Assembly (NCBI RefSeq): GCF_044226965.1
Contig: NZ_JBGAGA010000021.1
Location: 21,044 to 85,043 of the forward strand
Direction: 5' to 3'
Source of the DNA: Aquabacterium sp.
Lineage (GTDB): Bacteria; Pseudomonadota; Gammaproteobacteria; Burkholderiales; Burkholderiaceae_C
DNA: 64,000 nt
Every line of letters starts with the position of its first letter. Position 1 is the stretch's first letter. Below, piece after piece: positions 21,291 to 29,994 of this stretch. The position numbers and the translations under genes were made by a program. Below the pieces are notes generated by a model. The model saw only the letters and a list, made by a program, of their open reading frames with translations, ran no database searches and was not told where the DNA came from.

Positions 21291-23398
21291 GGCAGGGCCT
21301 CCGGGGTGCTGAGGGCCGGCTCGACCGCCGGCCCGCGCAGCGGCGTGAGCTTGACGCGGCCGGCGCTCCAGGCCGCTTCCAGGCCGCGGCTGATCTGCAC
21401 CAGCTCGGTCTCGTCCTGCGCATGCACCAGCCGCACGCCATAGGCCAGGTTGCGGCCATGCGCCTTGGCCAGGTACAGCGCGGTGTCCACCAGGTCCAGC
21501 GCCTGCTCCCAGCCCACGGCCAGGCGTGTCGGCTCGATCGGGAAGGCGGCATAGCCGATCGAGGCGGTGACCGGCACCACGCCCTCGGGCAGCGGCACCG
21601 GCGCACCGCCGATCGCGGTGAGCAGGCGCTGCGCCAGCGCCTGCAGCTGGTCCTGCGTCAGTTCCTGGGCGACGACGAGGAATTCCTCGCCACCCCAGCG
21701 CACGACGATGTCCTCGTCGCGCAGGGTCGCGCGCAGCCGGCGCGCCACTTCCACCAGCACCGCGTCACCGGCGGCATGGCCGTGGCGGTCGTTGATGAGC
21801 TTGAAGTGGTCCAGGTCGATCAGCAGCAGCGCGCCCTCGAAGGCCCCACCGGTCTCGCCGTTGGCGGCGCGGTTCATCACCCGCTGCAGGTAGCGGCGGT
21901 TGGCCAGCTGCGTCAGCGGGTCGCGTTCGCTCTGCGTGCGCAGCAGCTGGTTGCCGGCGGACAACTCACGGCCGGCCTGGCGCAGCCGCAGCAGCAGCAG
22001 CCCCACCAGCACCAGCAGCAGTGCGCCGACGGCCAGCGCCGCCAGCCACACGCGCTGCTGCAGCTCGCTGGTCAGCAGCTGCGCCTGCTTGAGCTGGTTG
22101 TCGATCTGCAGCAGCGCGAGCTCGCGCTGGCGCCGCTCGCTGTCGAAGCCTTCCTGCAGCTCGAGCACGGCCTGCTGCTGGTCGCGCCGGTAGACCTCGT
22201 CGCTGAGCTTGCGCTGCTGCTGGTAGACCTGCACCGCCTCCTTCAGGTAGCCGGCGCGCTCGAGGTAGCCGGCCAGTTCCTCCTGGATCGTGACCAGGTT
22301 GGTCAGCGCGCCGTTGCGCTCGTCGATCGCCATCGACTGGCGCACGTAGTCCAGCCCCTCGTCGCGCTGGTGCAGCGAGATCAGCGCGAGGCCGATGTTG
22401 GCCAGCGCCACCGATTCGGCGGTGGGGTCGGCGATCTCGCGCGTCAGCGGCAGCGCTTCGCGCGAGAGCTTCAGCGCGGTGGCGAATTCGCCGGTGCGCA
22501 GGTAGTAGTCGGCCAGGTTGGCCAGCGCCAGCACTTCCTCGCCGCGCGCGCCAGCGCGCCGCGTCAGCTCGATCACCTGGGTCATCGTGCGCAGCACGCC
22601 GGTGGTGTCGCCGGAGTCGGTCTGGATGAACGTGCGCGTGGTCAGCGCACGCGCTTCGCCGACCAGGTCGCCCTCGGCATGGGCCATCGCGATGGCCTCG
22701 TCGTTCAGGGCCTTGGCCTGGGTCAGCTGCTTGGCGGTGTACAGGGCATCGGCCAGCGCGTCGCGCGCCTCGGCGCGGCGCCAGCCCGGACCGTACTGGT
22801 CGGCCAGCTTGATCTGCTGCTGGCGCAGGCGGACCGCGTCGTCGAGCGCGCCGGTGAGCTCCTTGGCCCGCGCCAGCGTGCGGATCAGGCGCATGCGCAG
22901 TGCCGGCGGGGCATCGGCCGGCAGCTGGGCCATGGCATCGGTGGCCAGCCGTTCGACGCGCCGCGCCGGGCCGCGCCGGGCCGCCTGTTCGGCGCGCACC
23001 AGGCCCGCGGCCGCCTGGGCCAGCGGCTGCAAGGGCCCCAGCGCGTCCAGCTCGCGCAGCGTCAGGTCCACCGCCTCGGCATCGTCCAGCTGCGCCTGCA
23101 AGGTGCCGCGCAGTGCCAGCACCAGCACCCGCGTCGGATCGCGCGCGGGCAGCCCGGCCAGCAACTCGCCCAGCTGCGCCAGCGCGGCCTTGGGCTTGGC
23201 GCGGGACAGGAACTCGAGTGCCGCAACGCGTTCGGCCGGGCTGGCGGCGCTGGCCGCCGGGCTGGCCGGGGCCGCGGCGGCGGCGAGGCTGTTCGCGGCC
23301 CAGGCCGGCGCCAGGCCCGCCAGCGGCAGGGCCAGGCTCAGCAATGCGGCCAGCCGACGAGCGCCGGCCGCGACCCGACGGGCCGCAGCGGAACTCAT
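21287..23398 (-). CDS. diguanylate cyclase with signal peptide, periplasmic TPR-like region, one TM and a GGDEF domain (paralog B)
   Basis: Track ORF 21287..24517 trimmed to ATG at 23398 (MSSAARRVAAGARRLAALLSLALPLAGLAPAWA). It has the same architecture as paralog A, with [10 protein letters not shown] and an RDED I-site. Its stop overlaps the GTG of paralog A (GTGA). Confidence 0.85.
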   Translation of the reverse strand: MSSAAARRVAAGARRLAALLSLALPLAGLAPAWAANSLAAAAAPASPAASAASPAERVAALEFLSRAKPKAALAQLGELLAGLPARDPTRVLVLALRGTLQAQLDDAEAVDLTLRELDALGPLQPLAQAAAGLVRAEQAARRGPARRVERLATDAMAQLPADAPPALRMRLIRTLARAKELTGALDDAVRLRQQQIKLADQYGPGWRRAEARDALADALYTAKQLTQAKALNDEAIAMAHAEGDLVGEARALTTRTFIQTDSGDTTGVLRTMTQVIELTRRAGARGEEVLALANLADYYLRTGEFATALKLSREALPLTREIADPTAESVALANIGLALISLHQRDEGLDYVRQSMAIDERNGALTNLVTIQEELAGYLERAGYLKEAVQVYQQQRKLSDEVYRRDQQQAVLELQEGFDSERRQRELALLQIDNQLKQAQLLTSELQQRVWLAALAVGALLLVLVGLLLLRLRQAGRELSAGNQLLRTQSERDPLTQLANRRYLQRVMNRAANGETGGAFEGALLLIDLDHFKLINDRHGHAAGDAVLVEVARRLRATLRDEDIVVRWGGEEFLVVAQELTQDQLQALAQRLLTAIGGAPVPLPEGVVPVTASIGYAAFPIEPTRLAVGWEQALDLVDTALYLAKAHGRNLAYGVRLVHAQDETELVQISRGLEAAWSAGRVKLTPLRGPAVEPALSTPEALP

Positions 23399-23517
23399 CG
23401 GCAGCACCGTGGCGGGCCGGACAGCATGGGGCCCAGTGTACGAAGCCGCCCTGCCGTCGAGACGTCGAGTTACGGGGTTTCGCCCCTGGTATTTGCGCGT
23501 AGGCTGCGCCGGGCGCC

Positions 23518-24435
23518 TCAGCGGCCGCTGACAAAGCGGGCCAGCTGCCGCAGCGTCGGCTCGTCGCCCAGGATGCGGCGATGGCCCAGCCCGCTGCTGG
23601 TGCCGAACTGCGCCGCCGGCACCGCGGCGGCCAGGCGCTCGGCGCCGGCCAGGGGGGCGATGCGGTCGTCGCGGTCGTGCAGCAGCAGCGTCGGCAGCCT
23701 CAGCCGCGGGCCCAGCCAGGCCGGCTCGAACTCGCGCAGCGGCACGCCTTCGCGCAGCTCGATGCGCGCCTGCATGCGCTGCGCCAGCGCCTCGCCGGGG
23801 CCGAGCACGGCCGAGAACCAGCGCAGGAACTGCCGCGGCGGCGGCGAGGTGGCCACCAGCGCCAGGCGCCCGGCCGGCAGCCCGCGGGCCACCGCATGCG
23901 CGCTGGCCAGCGCGCCGAGCGAATGCGCCACCACCGCATGCCAGGGCCCGAGCGTCGCGCTCACCGCGAACAGCGCGCGCACCCATTGCGGCAGGCTGCT
24001 GCGCTGGCCGTCGCTGCGACCATGCGCCGGCAGGTCCAGCAGCACCGGGTCGTAGCCTTCGGCCAGCAGCAGGTCGCCCAACGCACGCCACTGCTGCGCG
24101 TCGCCCGCCCAGCCATGCACCAGCAGCACCTTCGGCGCGCCCGGCGCGGCGTCGCTGCGTTGCCAGGTGACCAGCTCGCCCTGCTCGAAGCGGCGGCGCT
24201 GCGCCTGCCAGGGCGCGGGTACAGGTTTCGCACGGGCGTGCCGCTTCGAGGGCAGCGGGGTGAAGAACAGGCGCAGCGCGAGCCGGGTGGCCAAGGCCGG
24301 CGTCCAGCGCTCGGCCGCCCGCAGGGTGGCGGCGAGCAGGCGCGCGGCGGGCGAGGCGTAGAACGCGGCGGCCGGGTTCGGGCTTGCTGCCGTGCGGGGC
24401 ACGGCGCTCAGGGCCGTGGGCGCGCCACCGCTCAT
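23518..24435 (-). CDS. alpha/beta-fold hydrolase
   Basis: LLVHGWAGDAQQWRALGDLL...LDLPAHGRSDG...VVAHSLGALAS gives a nucleophile elbow of the form HSxG. The protein is 305 aa. Confidence 0.85.
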   Translation of the reverse strand: MSGGAPTALSAVPRTAASPNPAAAFYASPAARLLAATLRAAERWTPALATRLALRLFFTPLPSKRHARAKPVPAPWQAQRRRFEQGELVTWQRSDAAPGAPKVLLVHGWAGDAQQWRALGDLLLAEGYDPVLLDLPAHGRSDGQRSSLPQWVRALFAVSATLGPWHAVVAHSLGALASAHAVARGLPAGRLALVATSPPPRQFLRWFSAVLGPGEALAQRMQARIELREGVPLREFEPAWLGPRLRLPTLLLHDRDDRIAPLAGAERLAAAVPAAQFGTSSGLGHRRILGDEPTLRQLARFVSGR

Positions 24436-24572
24436 GGCCGGCCCCCGGTGTCACCGTCGACCAGGCCGAAGTCGGTGTTGCGCTGCGGCAGCAGCGACCA
24501 CAGGCGCCAGGCGGCACGCAGCGCGCGCCCGAGCAGTACCAGCAGCAACAAGCTCAGAAGGATCAGGCTCAT
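24432..24572 (-). CDS. candidate 46-aa hydrophobic micro-protein, translationally coupled to the hydrolase
   Basis: Hand translation gives MSLILLSLLLLVLLGRALRAAWRLWSLLPQRNTDFGLVDGDTGGRP. A GGAGAA-type SD lies 3 nt upstream of the ATG at 24572. Its TGA overlaps the hydrolase ATG (ATGA at 24432-24435). It is too short for the ORF track. Confidence 0.4.
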   Translation of the reverse strand: MSLILLSLLLLVLLGRALRAAWRLWSLLPQRNTDFGLVDGDTGGRP

Positions 24573-24611
24573 GGAGTTCTCCAGCAGGAGCGGATGGCTA
24601 ACGCCCCAAAC

Positions 24612-24629
24612 TTCGCACGATCGTGCGAA
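24612..24629. promoter_or_regulatory. perfect 18-bp palindrome TTCGCACGATCGTGCGAA (candidate TetR operator O2)
   Basis: It is self-complementary when read by hand. It lies between the tetR stop (24670) and the micro-ORF/hydrolase unit, and a near-copy lies upstream of tetR. Confidence 0.5.
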
Positions 24630-24669
24630 ATATGGGCGGCAGCAAGGTCACGTCGGGCGTTCATGGCGC

Positions 24670-25308
24670 TCAGCGTGGGCGGGAAGGGGAGGTGGCCGGC
24701 GGCGCCGATGGCACCGAAGCCTGCAGCAGGCGCTGCCAGGCGGTCCAGGCCCGGTCGGCGGCGCGCGGGTCCTGCAGGAAGCGGGCGTCGCGCATCAGGC
24801 CGGTGAACAGCGCGTCCATCTCGTAGACCAGCTGCTCGGCGTCGAGGTCGGCGCGCAGGTGGCCGGCATCGATGGCCTGGATCACCGTGCGCTTGAGCGC
24901 GGCACGCCAGCGCAGCACGCCGTCGAGCAGGCGGTCGCGCACCGGGCCGGGCCGGTCGTCGTATTCGAAGGCGCCGGCGCAGTAGAGGCAGCCGATGCGC
25001 AGTTCCACGTCGCGCGCCCGGGCCAGCCACAGCCGCATGATGGCGTTCAGCCGCGGCAAGCCGCGCGGCTCGCGCATCGCCGGCATGAACACGTCCTGCA
25101 GGAAGCGCCGGTCGTACTCGTCGACCACCGCGCACTGCAGCGCCTCGCGCGAGCCGACGCGCGAGAACACGCCACTCTTGGACAGCCCCAGGCGCTTGGC
25201 CACCTCGCCGATCGTCAGGCTCTCCAGCCCGTCGGTCGCCGCCATCTGCACGGCGGTGTCGACGATGGCCGCGAGGGTCAGGCCGCTGCGCTCGGTTCGG
25301 GTTTCCAT
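24670..25308 (-). CDS. TetR-family transcriptional regulator
   Basis: N-terminal HTH: LAAIVDTAVQMAATDGLESLTIGEVAKRLGLSKSGVFSRVGSREALQ. The protein is 212 aa. Confidence 0.9.
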   Translation of the reverse strand: METRTERSGLTLAAIVDTAVQMAATDGLESLTIGEVAKRLGLSKSGVFSRVGSREALQCAVVDEYDRRFLQDVFMPAMREPRGLPRLNAIMRLWLARARDVELRIGCLYCAGAFEYDDRPGPVRDRLLDGVLRWRAALKRTVIQAIDAGHLRADLDAEQLVYEMDALFTGLMRDARFLQDPRAADRAWTAWQRLLQASVPSAPPATSPSRPR

Positions 25309-25318
25309 GGCCGGAAGA

Positions 25319-25336
25319 TTAGCACGGTCGTGCGAA
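25319..25336. promoter_or_regulatory. imperfect copy of the 18-bp palindrome (TTAGCACGGTCGTGCGAA; candidate TetR operator O1)
   Basis: It shares 16 of 18 positions with the palindrome at 24612-24629. It begins 11 bp upstream of the tetR start codon, in the region divergent from the hybrid kinase gene. Confidence 0.45.
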
Positions 25337-25413
25337 AACCATGTCCGAGCCAGGGTCGGCCGGGATTTGCCGGAGTGGCGGCAGGCCCGCGGCCGCCGCT
25401 AAGATCGTTGCCG

Positions 25414-28305
25414 ATGCCTGATCCCCTGCCGCCGGTACCGGCTGGCCCGCCCGCCGCGCGACGCGAGCTGGACGCGCTGGCGGTGCGCGTGCTGGTCGGC
25501 GTCAGTGCGGCGCTGGGCGTCCTGCTGCTGGGCACCGGTCTGCTGCAAGGCGGACCGCGCGCCGGCCTGCCGTTCGCGGCCGAGCGCATGGTCTTCGGCG
25601 GGGTGCTGCTGCTGGCCGCCGGCGGTGGCTGGCTGCTGCAGCGGCGCGGCCACGCGCGCGGCGCGAGCCTGGGCCTGCTGGCGCTGTGGATCGTCGCCAT
25701 GCACGGCTACGCGGCCGCGTCGGGGCTGGGCCTGCATTCGCTGGCGCTGGGCGGTGCGCCGATGTTCATCGCACTGGCCGGCATGCTGCTGGCGCCCTCG
25801 GCCGCGGCGGCCCTGGCCGTGCTGAACTTCCTGCTGGCGCTGGCGCTGTACGCGGCCGAGCTGCAAGGCCGGCTGGGCGGCGCGGCCCTGCTGGCCACCT
25901 CGACGCCGCTGCCCTACCGCGTCGCGGTGCACGGCCTGCTGAGCCTGGGCGGCCTGCTCACGGCCTTGCTGATGGCACGGCTGATCGGCCGCGGCCTGGG
26001 CCGCGCGCTCGAACAGGAGCACCGCCTGGCGCAGCTGCTGGCGCTGGGCGCCGACTGGACCTGGGCGCTCGACCTGCAGGGCCATGTGACCGCGCTGTCG
26101 GCCTCGTTCGCGCAGCGCACCGGCCGCACGGTGGCCGAGTACCTGCAACTCGGCCGGCCGGGCGGGCCGGTGATCCTGGAGGACGGCGACTGGCCGCAGG
26201 TGCGCGCCGCGCTGCGCACACGCCAGCCCTTCCGCGAGATGCTGATCCACTACCGCTCGGTCGACGGCACGCCGCTGACCGTGCGCGCCAGCGGCGACGT
26301 GGTGCTCGACGAGCAGGGCCGCGCCACCGGCTGGTGGGGCGTCAGCCGCAACGTCAGCGCCCAGGTGCAGGCCGAGGCCGAGCTGCAGCGCTCGAAGGCC
26401 CTGCTCGAGCGCCTGTTCCGCGAGTCGCCCGACGCGATCACCGTGGCCAGCACGCGCGACGGGCGCATCCTGCTGCTGAACGACAGCTTTGCCCGCATCA
26501 CCGGGTTCACCGAGGCCGAAGCGCTGGGCAAGACCGCGCTGGGGCTGGGCCTGTGGCGCGACAAGGAGACGCCGCGCGCGCTGCGCGCCGCGCTGGTCGC
26601 GCACAAGCATGTGCACAACCTGCGCTCGCCGGTGTGGACGCATGACGGGCGGCGCCGCGACATGCTGCTGAACGTCGGCAGCTTCGACTGGGACGGCGAG
26701 CCAGTGGCGGTGATCACCGCGCGCGACATCACCGAGACCGAGCGCGAACGCGCGCAGACCGAGGCCATCCTGGACAACGCCTCGGTCGGCATCGCGCTGG
26801 TGCGCGAGCGCCGCTTCGAACGCGTGAACCCGCAGTTCGAGCGCATGTTCGGCCTGGCCCCGGGCAGCCTGCACGACGCACCGATCAGCCAGGTGTTCGC
26901 CGACACGGCCGGCTACGAAACCTTTATCGGCCAGGTCGACCAGGCCCTGGGCAGCGGGCAGACGCTGGACATCGAGCGCCATGTCACCCGGCCGGACGGC
27001 AGCCGCATCGTCGCGCGCATGCGGGCCCGGGCGGTCGACGCGGCGCAGCCGCGCGAGGCCGGCACCATCTGGGTGGCCGAGGACATCACCGAGCGGCGCG
27101 AAGCGGAGAAGGCGCTGGCCGAGGCGCGCAATGCCGCCGAGGCCGCGAACCAGGCCAAGAGCGCCTTCCTGGCCAGCATGAGCCACGAGATCCGCACGCC
27201 GCTGAACGGCGTGCTGGGCCTGGCGCGGCTGCTGCAGGACCCGGCGCTGGACGAGGCGCGGCGCCGCGAGTACCTGGGCCACCTGGTCGAATCGGCCGAA
27301 GGCCTGGCCGGGCTGGTGTCCGACGTGCTGGACCTGAGCAAGATCGAAGCCGGCCGCCTGCAGCTGGAGCGGCTGCCCTTCGACCTGATCGCGCTGGTCG
27401 AAGGCAGCTTCCGCAGTTTCGCGACCCTGGGCCGCGAGCGCGGCCTGGCGATGCGCTGCGAGCTCGAACCCGGCCTGCCGCGCCAGGTGCTGGGCGACCC
27501 GGTGCGGCTGCGGCAGATCCTGTCGAACTACCTCAGCAACGCGCTGAAGTTCACGCCGGCTGGGCAGATCACTTTGCGCGTTATCAAGGCCGACGCCACG
27601 CACCTGCGCGTGGACGTGATCGACAGCGGCATCGGCATTGCGCCCGAGGCGCGCGAACGCCTGTTCCAGCCCTTCGAGCAGGCCGACGGCTCGACCACGC
27701 GGCGCTTCGGCGGCACCGGGCTGGGCCTGTCGATCTGCCGCCAGCTGGCGCAGCTGATGGGCGGCGAGGTCGGCGTGGACAGCACGCCGGGCCAGGGCAG
27801 CCGCTTCTGGCTGCGGCTGCCGCTGCAGGCCGTCGAACCCGCGCCGCAGCTGCTGCTGCCCGCGCCGGTGCCGGCCAAGGCGCTGGACGGCACGAAGGTG
27901 CTGGTGGTCGAGGACAACCCGGTCAACATGCTGATCATCACCGCGCTGCTGCGCGCGCTGGGGGCCGAGCCGGTGGAGGCACAGGACGGCGCCGAGGCGC
28001 TGCTGATCGCGCGCGACATGAATGCCGAGCTCGCCGCGGTGCTGATGGACCTGCACATGCCGGTGCTCGACGGCCTGGGCGCCGCGCGCGCGCTGGCCGC
28101 CGACGCGCGCACCCGGCACCTGCCGGTGATCGCGCTGTCGGCCGCGGTGCTGGAAAGCGAACGCGAGCAGGCGCTGGCCGCCGGCATGGTCGACTTCGTC
28201 GCCAAGCCGGTGCACGAGGCGGAGCTCAAGCGCGCGCTGGTGCGGCTGATCGCGGCGCCGGCCGCACCGGCTGGCCGCCAGGCACCCGCACCGGATGGCC
28301 GTTAG
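25414..28305 (+). CDS. hybrid sensor histidine kinase/response regulator (multi-TM N-terminus, PAS repeats, HisKA, HATPase, REC)
   Basis: Track ORF 23581..28305 trimmed to ATG at 25414 (MPDPLPPVPAG...). H-box SHEIRTPLNGVLG, N-box NYLSNALKFT, G-boxes DSGIGI and GGTGLGLSI. The receiver reads VLVVEDNPVNM...DLHMPVLDG. Confidence 0.9.
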   Translation: MPDPLPPVPAGPPAARRELDALAVRVLVGVSAALGVLLLGTGLLQGGPRAGLPFAAERMVFGGVLLLAAGGGWLLQRRGHARGASLGLLALWIVAMHGYAAASGLGLHSLALGGAPMFIALAGMLLAPSAAAALAVLNFLLALALYAAELQGRLGGAALLATSTPLPYRVAVHGLLSLGGLLTALLMARLIGRGLGRALEQEHRLAQLLALGADWTWALDLQGHVTALSASFAQRTGRTVAEYLQLGRPGGPVILEDGDWPQVRAALRTRQPFREMLIHYRSVDGTPLTVRASGDVVLDEQGRATGWWGVSRNVSAQVQAEAELQRSKALLERLFRESPDAITVASTRDGRILLLNDSFARITGFTEAEALGKTALGLGLWRDKETPRALRAALVAHKHVHNLRSPVWTHDGRRRDMLLNVGSFDWDGEPVAVITARDITETERERAQTEAILDNASVGIALVRERRFERVNPQFERMFGLAPGSLHDAPISQVFADTAGYETFIGQVDQALGSGQTLDIERHVTRPDGSRIVARMRARAVDAAQPREAGTIWVAEDITERREAEKALAEARNAAEAANQAKSAFLASMSHEIRTPLNGVLGLARLLQDPALDEARRREYLGHLVESAEGLAGLVSDVLDLSKIEAGRLQLERLPFDLIALVEGSFRSFATLGRERGLAMRCELEPGLPRQVLGDPVRLRQILSNYLSNALKFTPAGQITLRVIKADATHLRVDVIDSGIGIAPEARERLFQPFEQADGSTTRRFGGTGLGLSICRQLAQLMGGEVGVDSTPGQGSRFWLRLPLQAVEPAPQLLLPAPVPAKALDGTKVLVVEDNPVNMLIITALLRALGAEPVEAQDGAEALLIARDMNAELAAVLMDLHMPVLDGLGAARALAADARTRHLPVIALSAAVLESEREQALAAGMVDFVAKPVHEAELKRALVRLIAAPAAPAGRQAPAPDGR

Positions 28306-29990
28306 GCCGTCGCCCCCTGCCAGCCCCGCGGCACCGCGCTCATCAGCCGGCGCGTGTAGTCCTGCTTCGGATGCGCCAGGATCTCGGCGGCGCTGGCCTG
28401 CTCGACCACCTCGCCGTCCTTCATCACCATCACCTCGTCGGAGATGAAGCGCACCACCGCCAGGTCGTGGCTGATGAACACGTAGCTCAGGCCCAGCTCG
28501 TCCTGCAGGTCGCGCAGCAGGTTCAGCACCTGCGCCTGCACCGAGACGTCGAGCGCGCTCACCGCTTCGTCCAGCACCAGCACCTCGGGGTCCAGCGTCA
28601 GGCACCGGGCGATCGCCACGCGCTGGCGCTGGCCACCGGAGAACTCGTGCGGGTACTTGCCGAAGGCGCTGGCGTCCAGCCCCACCTTGGCCAGCAGCGC
28701 CTGCGCACGCGCCTCGCGCTCGTGGACGCTGGCGCCGATGCCGTGGATGGTCATCGGCTCGACCAGGGTCTGCCCGATCGTGAAGCGCGGGTTCAGGCTG
28801 GCATAGGGGTTCTGGAACACGATCTGGATGCGCCGGCGCATCAGCTGGCGTTCCGCGTCGCTCAAGGTCAGCAGGTTGCGGCCGTCGAAGATCACCTCGC
28901 CGCCGGTGGGTTCGTGCAGGCGCAGCAGCGTCAGCCCCATCGTCGTCTTGCCCGAGCCCGACTCGCCGACCACGCCCAGCGTGTGGCCGCGCTTCAACTC
29001 GAAGTTGACGTCGCGCACCGCGCGGAATTCGCGCTTGCCGAACAGCCCCTCCTTCAGGAAGAAGCTCTTGGCCAGGCTCTTGACCCGCAGCACCACCGGC
29101 GCGTTCGGGTCCTTGGGCTTGGCCACCGCGGCCGCGGTCGGGGCGCTGCCGTTGGTCTGCGCGATGTGGTCGTCGATCACCGTCAGCCGCGCCGGCGTTT
29201 CGGTCAGGCTCGGGCGGCAGGCCAGCAGCGCCTTGGTGTAGGCGTCCTGCGGCGCGCTGAAGATCTGGGCCACCGGGCCCTGCTCGCGCACCACGCCGTG
29301 GCGCATCACCACCACCTGGTCGGCAATCTCGCCGACCACGCCGAGGTCGTGGCTGATGAACAGCACGCTCATGCGGTGCTTGTCCTTCATCTTCGCGATC
29401 AGCTCGAGGATCTGGCGCTGGATCGTCACGTCCAGCGCGGTGGTGGGCTCGTCGGCGATCAGCAGCTTGGGTTCGCAGGCCAGCGCCATCGCGATCATCA
29501 CGCGCTGCTGCTGGCCGCCGGACATCTCGTGCGGGTAGGCCTTCAGCCGCCGCTTCGGCTCGGGAATGCCCACTTCGGCCAGCAGCGCCTCGGCCCGCTC
29601 GATGGCCTGGCGCCCGCTCATGCCCAGGTGCTTGACCAGCGGCTCGGCCAGCTGCTGGCCGACGGTGAACACCGGGTTCAGCGAGCTCATCGGGTCCTGG
29701 AACACGCAGGCGATCTCGCGCCCGCGCAGCGCCTGCAGCTCGGGCAGCGAGGCATGCAGCAGGTCCTTGCCGTGGTACAGGATGCGGCCCTCGCGTTGCG
29801 CGTTGTCGGGCAGCAGGTTCAGCACGCTCATCGCGGTGACGCTCTTGCCCGAGCCCGATTCGCCGACCAGCGCCACGGTGCTGTTCTCGGGAATGTCGAA
29901 GCTCACGCCCTTGACGGCCTGCGCCAGCGTGGTGGCGCCGCGCTGGCCCATGCGGAAGGCGACCTTGAGGTCCTGGATACTGAGCAGCAT
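28302..29990 (-). CDS. peptide-type ABC transporter ATP-binding protein, fused double ATPase (YejF/GsiA-like)
   Basis: Track ORF trimmed to ATG at 29990 (MLLSIQDLKVAF...). It has two Walker A motifs (GESGSGKSV, GESGSGKTT) and two signatures (MSGGQQQR, FSGGQRQR). It is 562 aa. Confidence 0.9.
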   Translation of the reverse strand: MLLSIQDLKVAFRMGQRGATTLAQAVKGVSFDIPENSTVALVGESGSGKSVTAMSVLNLLPDNAQREGRILYHGKDLLHASLPELQALRGREIACVFQDPMSSLNPVFTVGQQLAEPLVKHLGMSGRQAIERAEALLAEVGIPEPKRRLKAYPHEMSGGQQQRVMIAMALACEPKLLIADEPTTALDVTIQRQILELIAKMKDKHRMSVLFISHDLGVVGEIADQVVVMRHGVVREQGPVAQIFSAPQDAYTKALLACRPSLTETPARLTVIDDHIAQTNGSAPTAAAVAKPKDPNAPVVLRVKSLAKSFFLKEGLFGKREFRAVRDVNFELKRGHTLGVVGESGSGKTTMGLTLLRLHEPTGGEVIFDGRNLLTLSDAERQLMRRRIQIVFQNPYASLNPRFTIGQTLVEPMTIHGIGASVHEREARAQALLAKVGLDASAFGKYPHEFSGGQRQRVAIARCLTLDPEVLVLDEAVSALDVSVQAQVLNLLRDLQDELGLSYVFISHDLAVVRFISDEVMVMKDGEVVEQASAAEILAHPKQDYTRRLMSAVPRGWQGATA

Positions 29991-29994
29991 GGTC

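Noticed and set aside
21287-24517. 5' over-extended track ORFs. Examples are 391..2379, 12058..13482, 12782..14227, 18148..19908, 21287..24517, 23581..28305, 29995..31980, 31068..32354, 45612..46853, 47105..48328, 54518..56200 and 55732..56760.
   Set aside because: The upstream parts overlap neighbouring genes and read as junk. Internal ATG or GTG codons coincide with signal peptides, family N-termini, SD sequences or stop/start overlaps, so I trimmed the genes to those starts.
28302-28305. A 4-bp overlap of the convergent stop codons of the hybrid kinase (TAG) and the ABC ATPase (TAA).
   Set aside because: The overlap is real, but such end-to-end packing is common in compact GC-rich genomes. 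It has no evident regulatory meaning.
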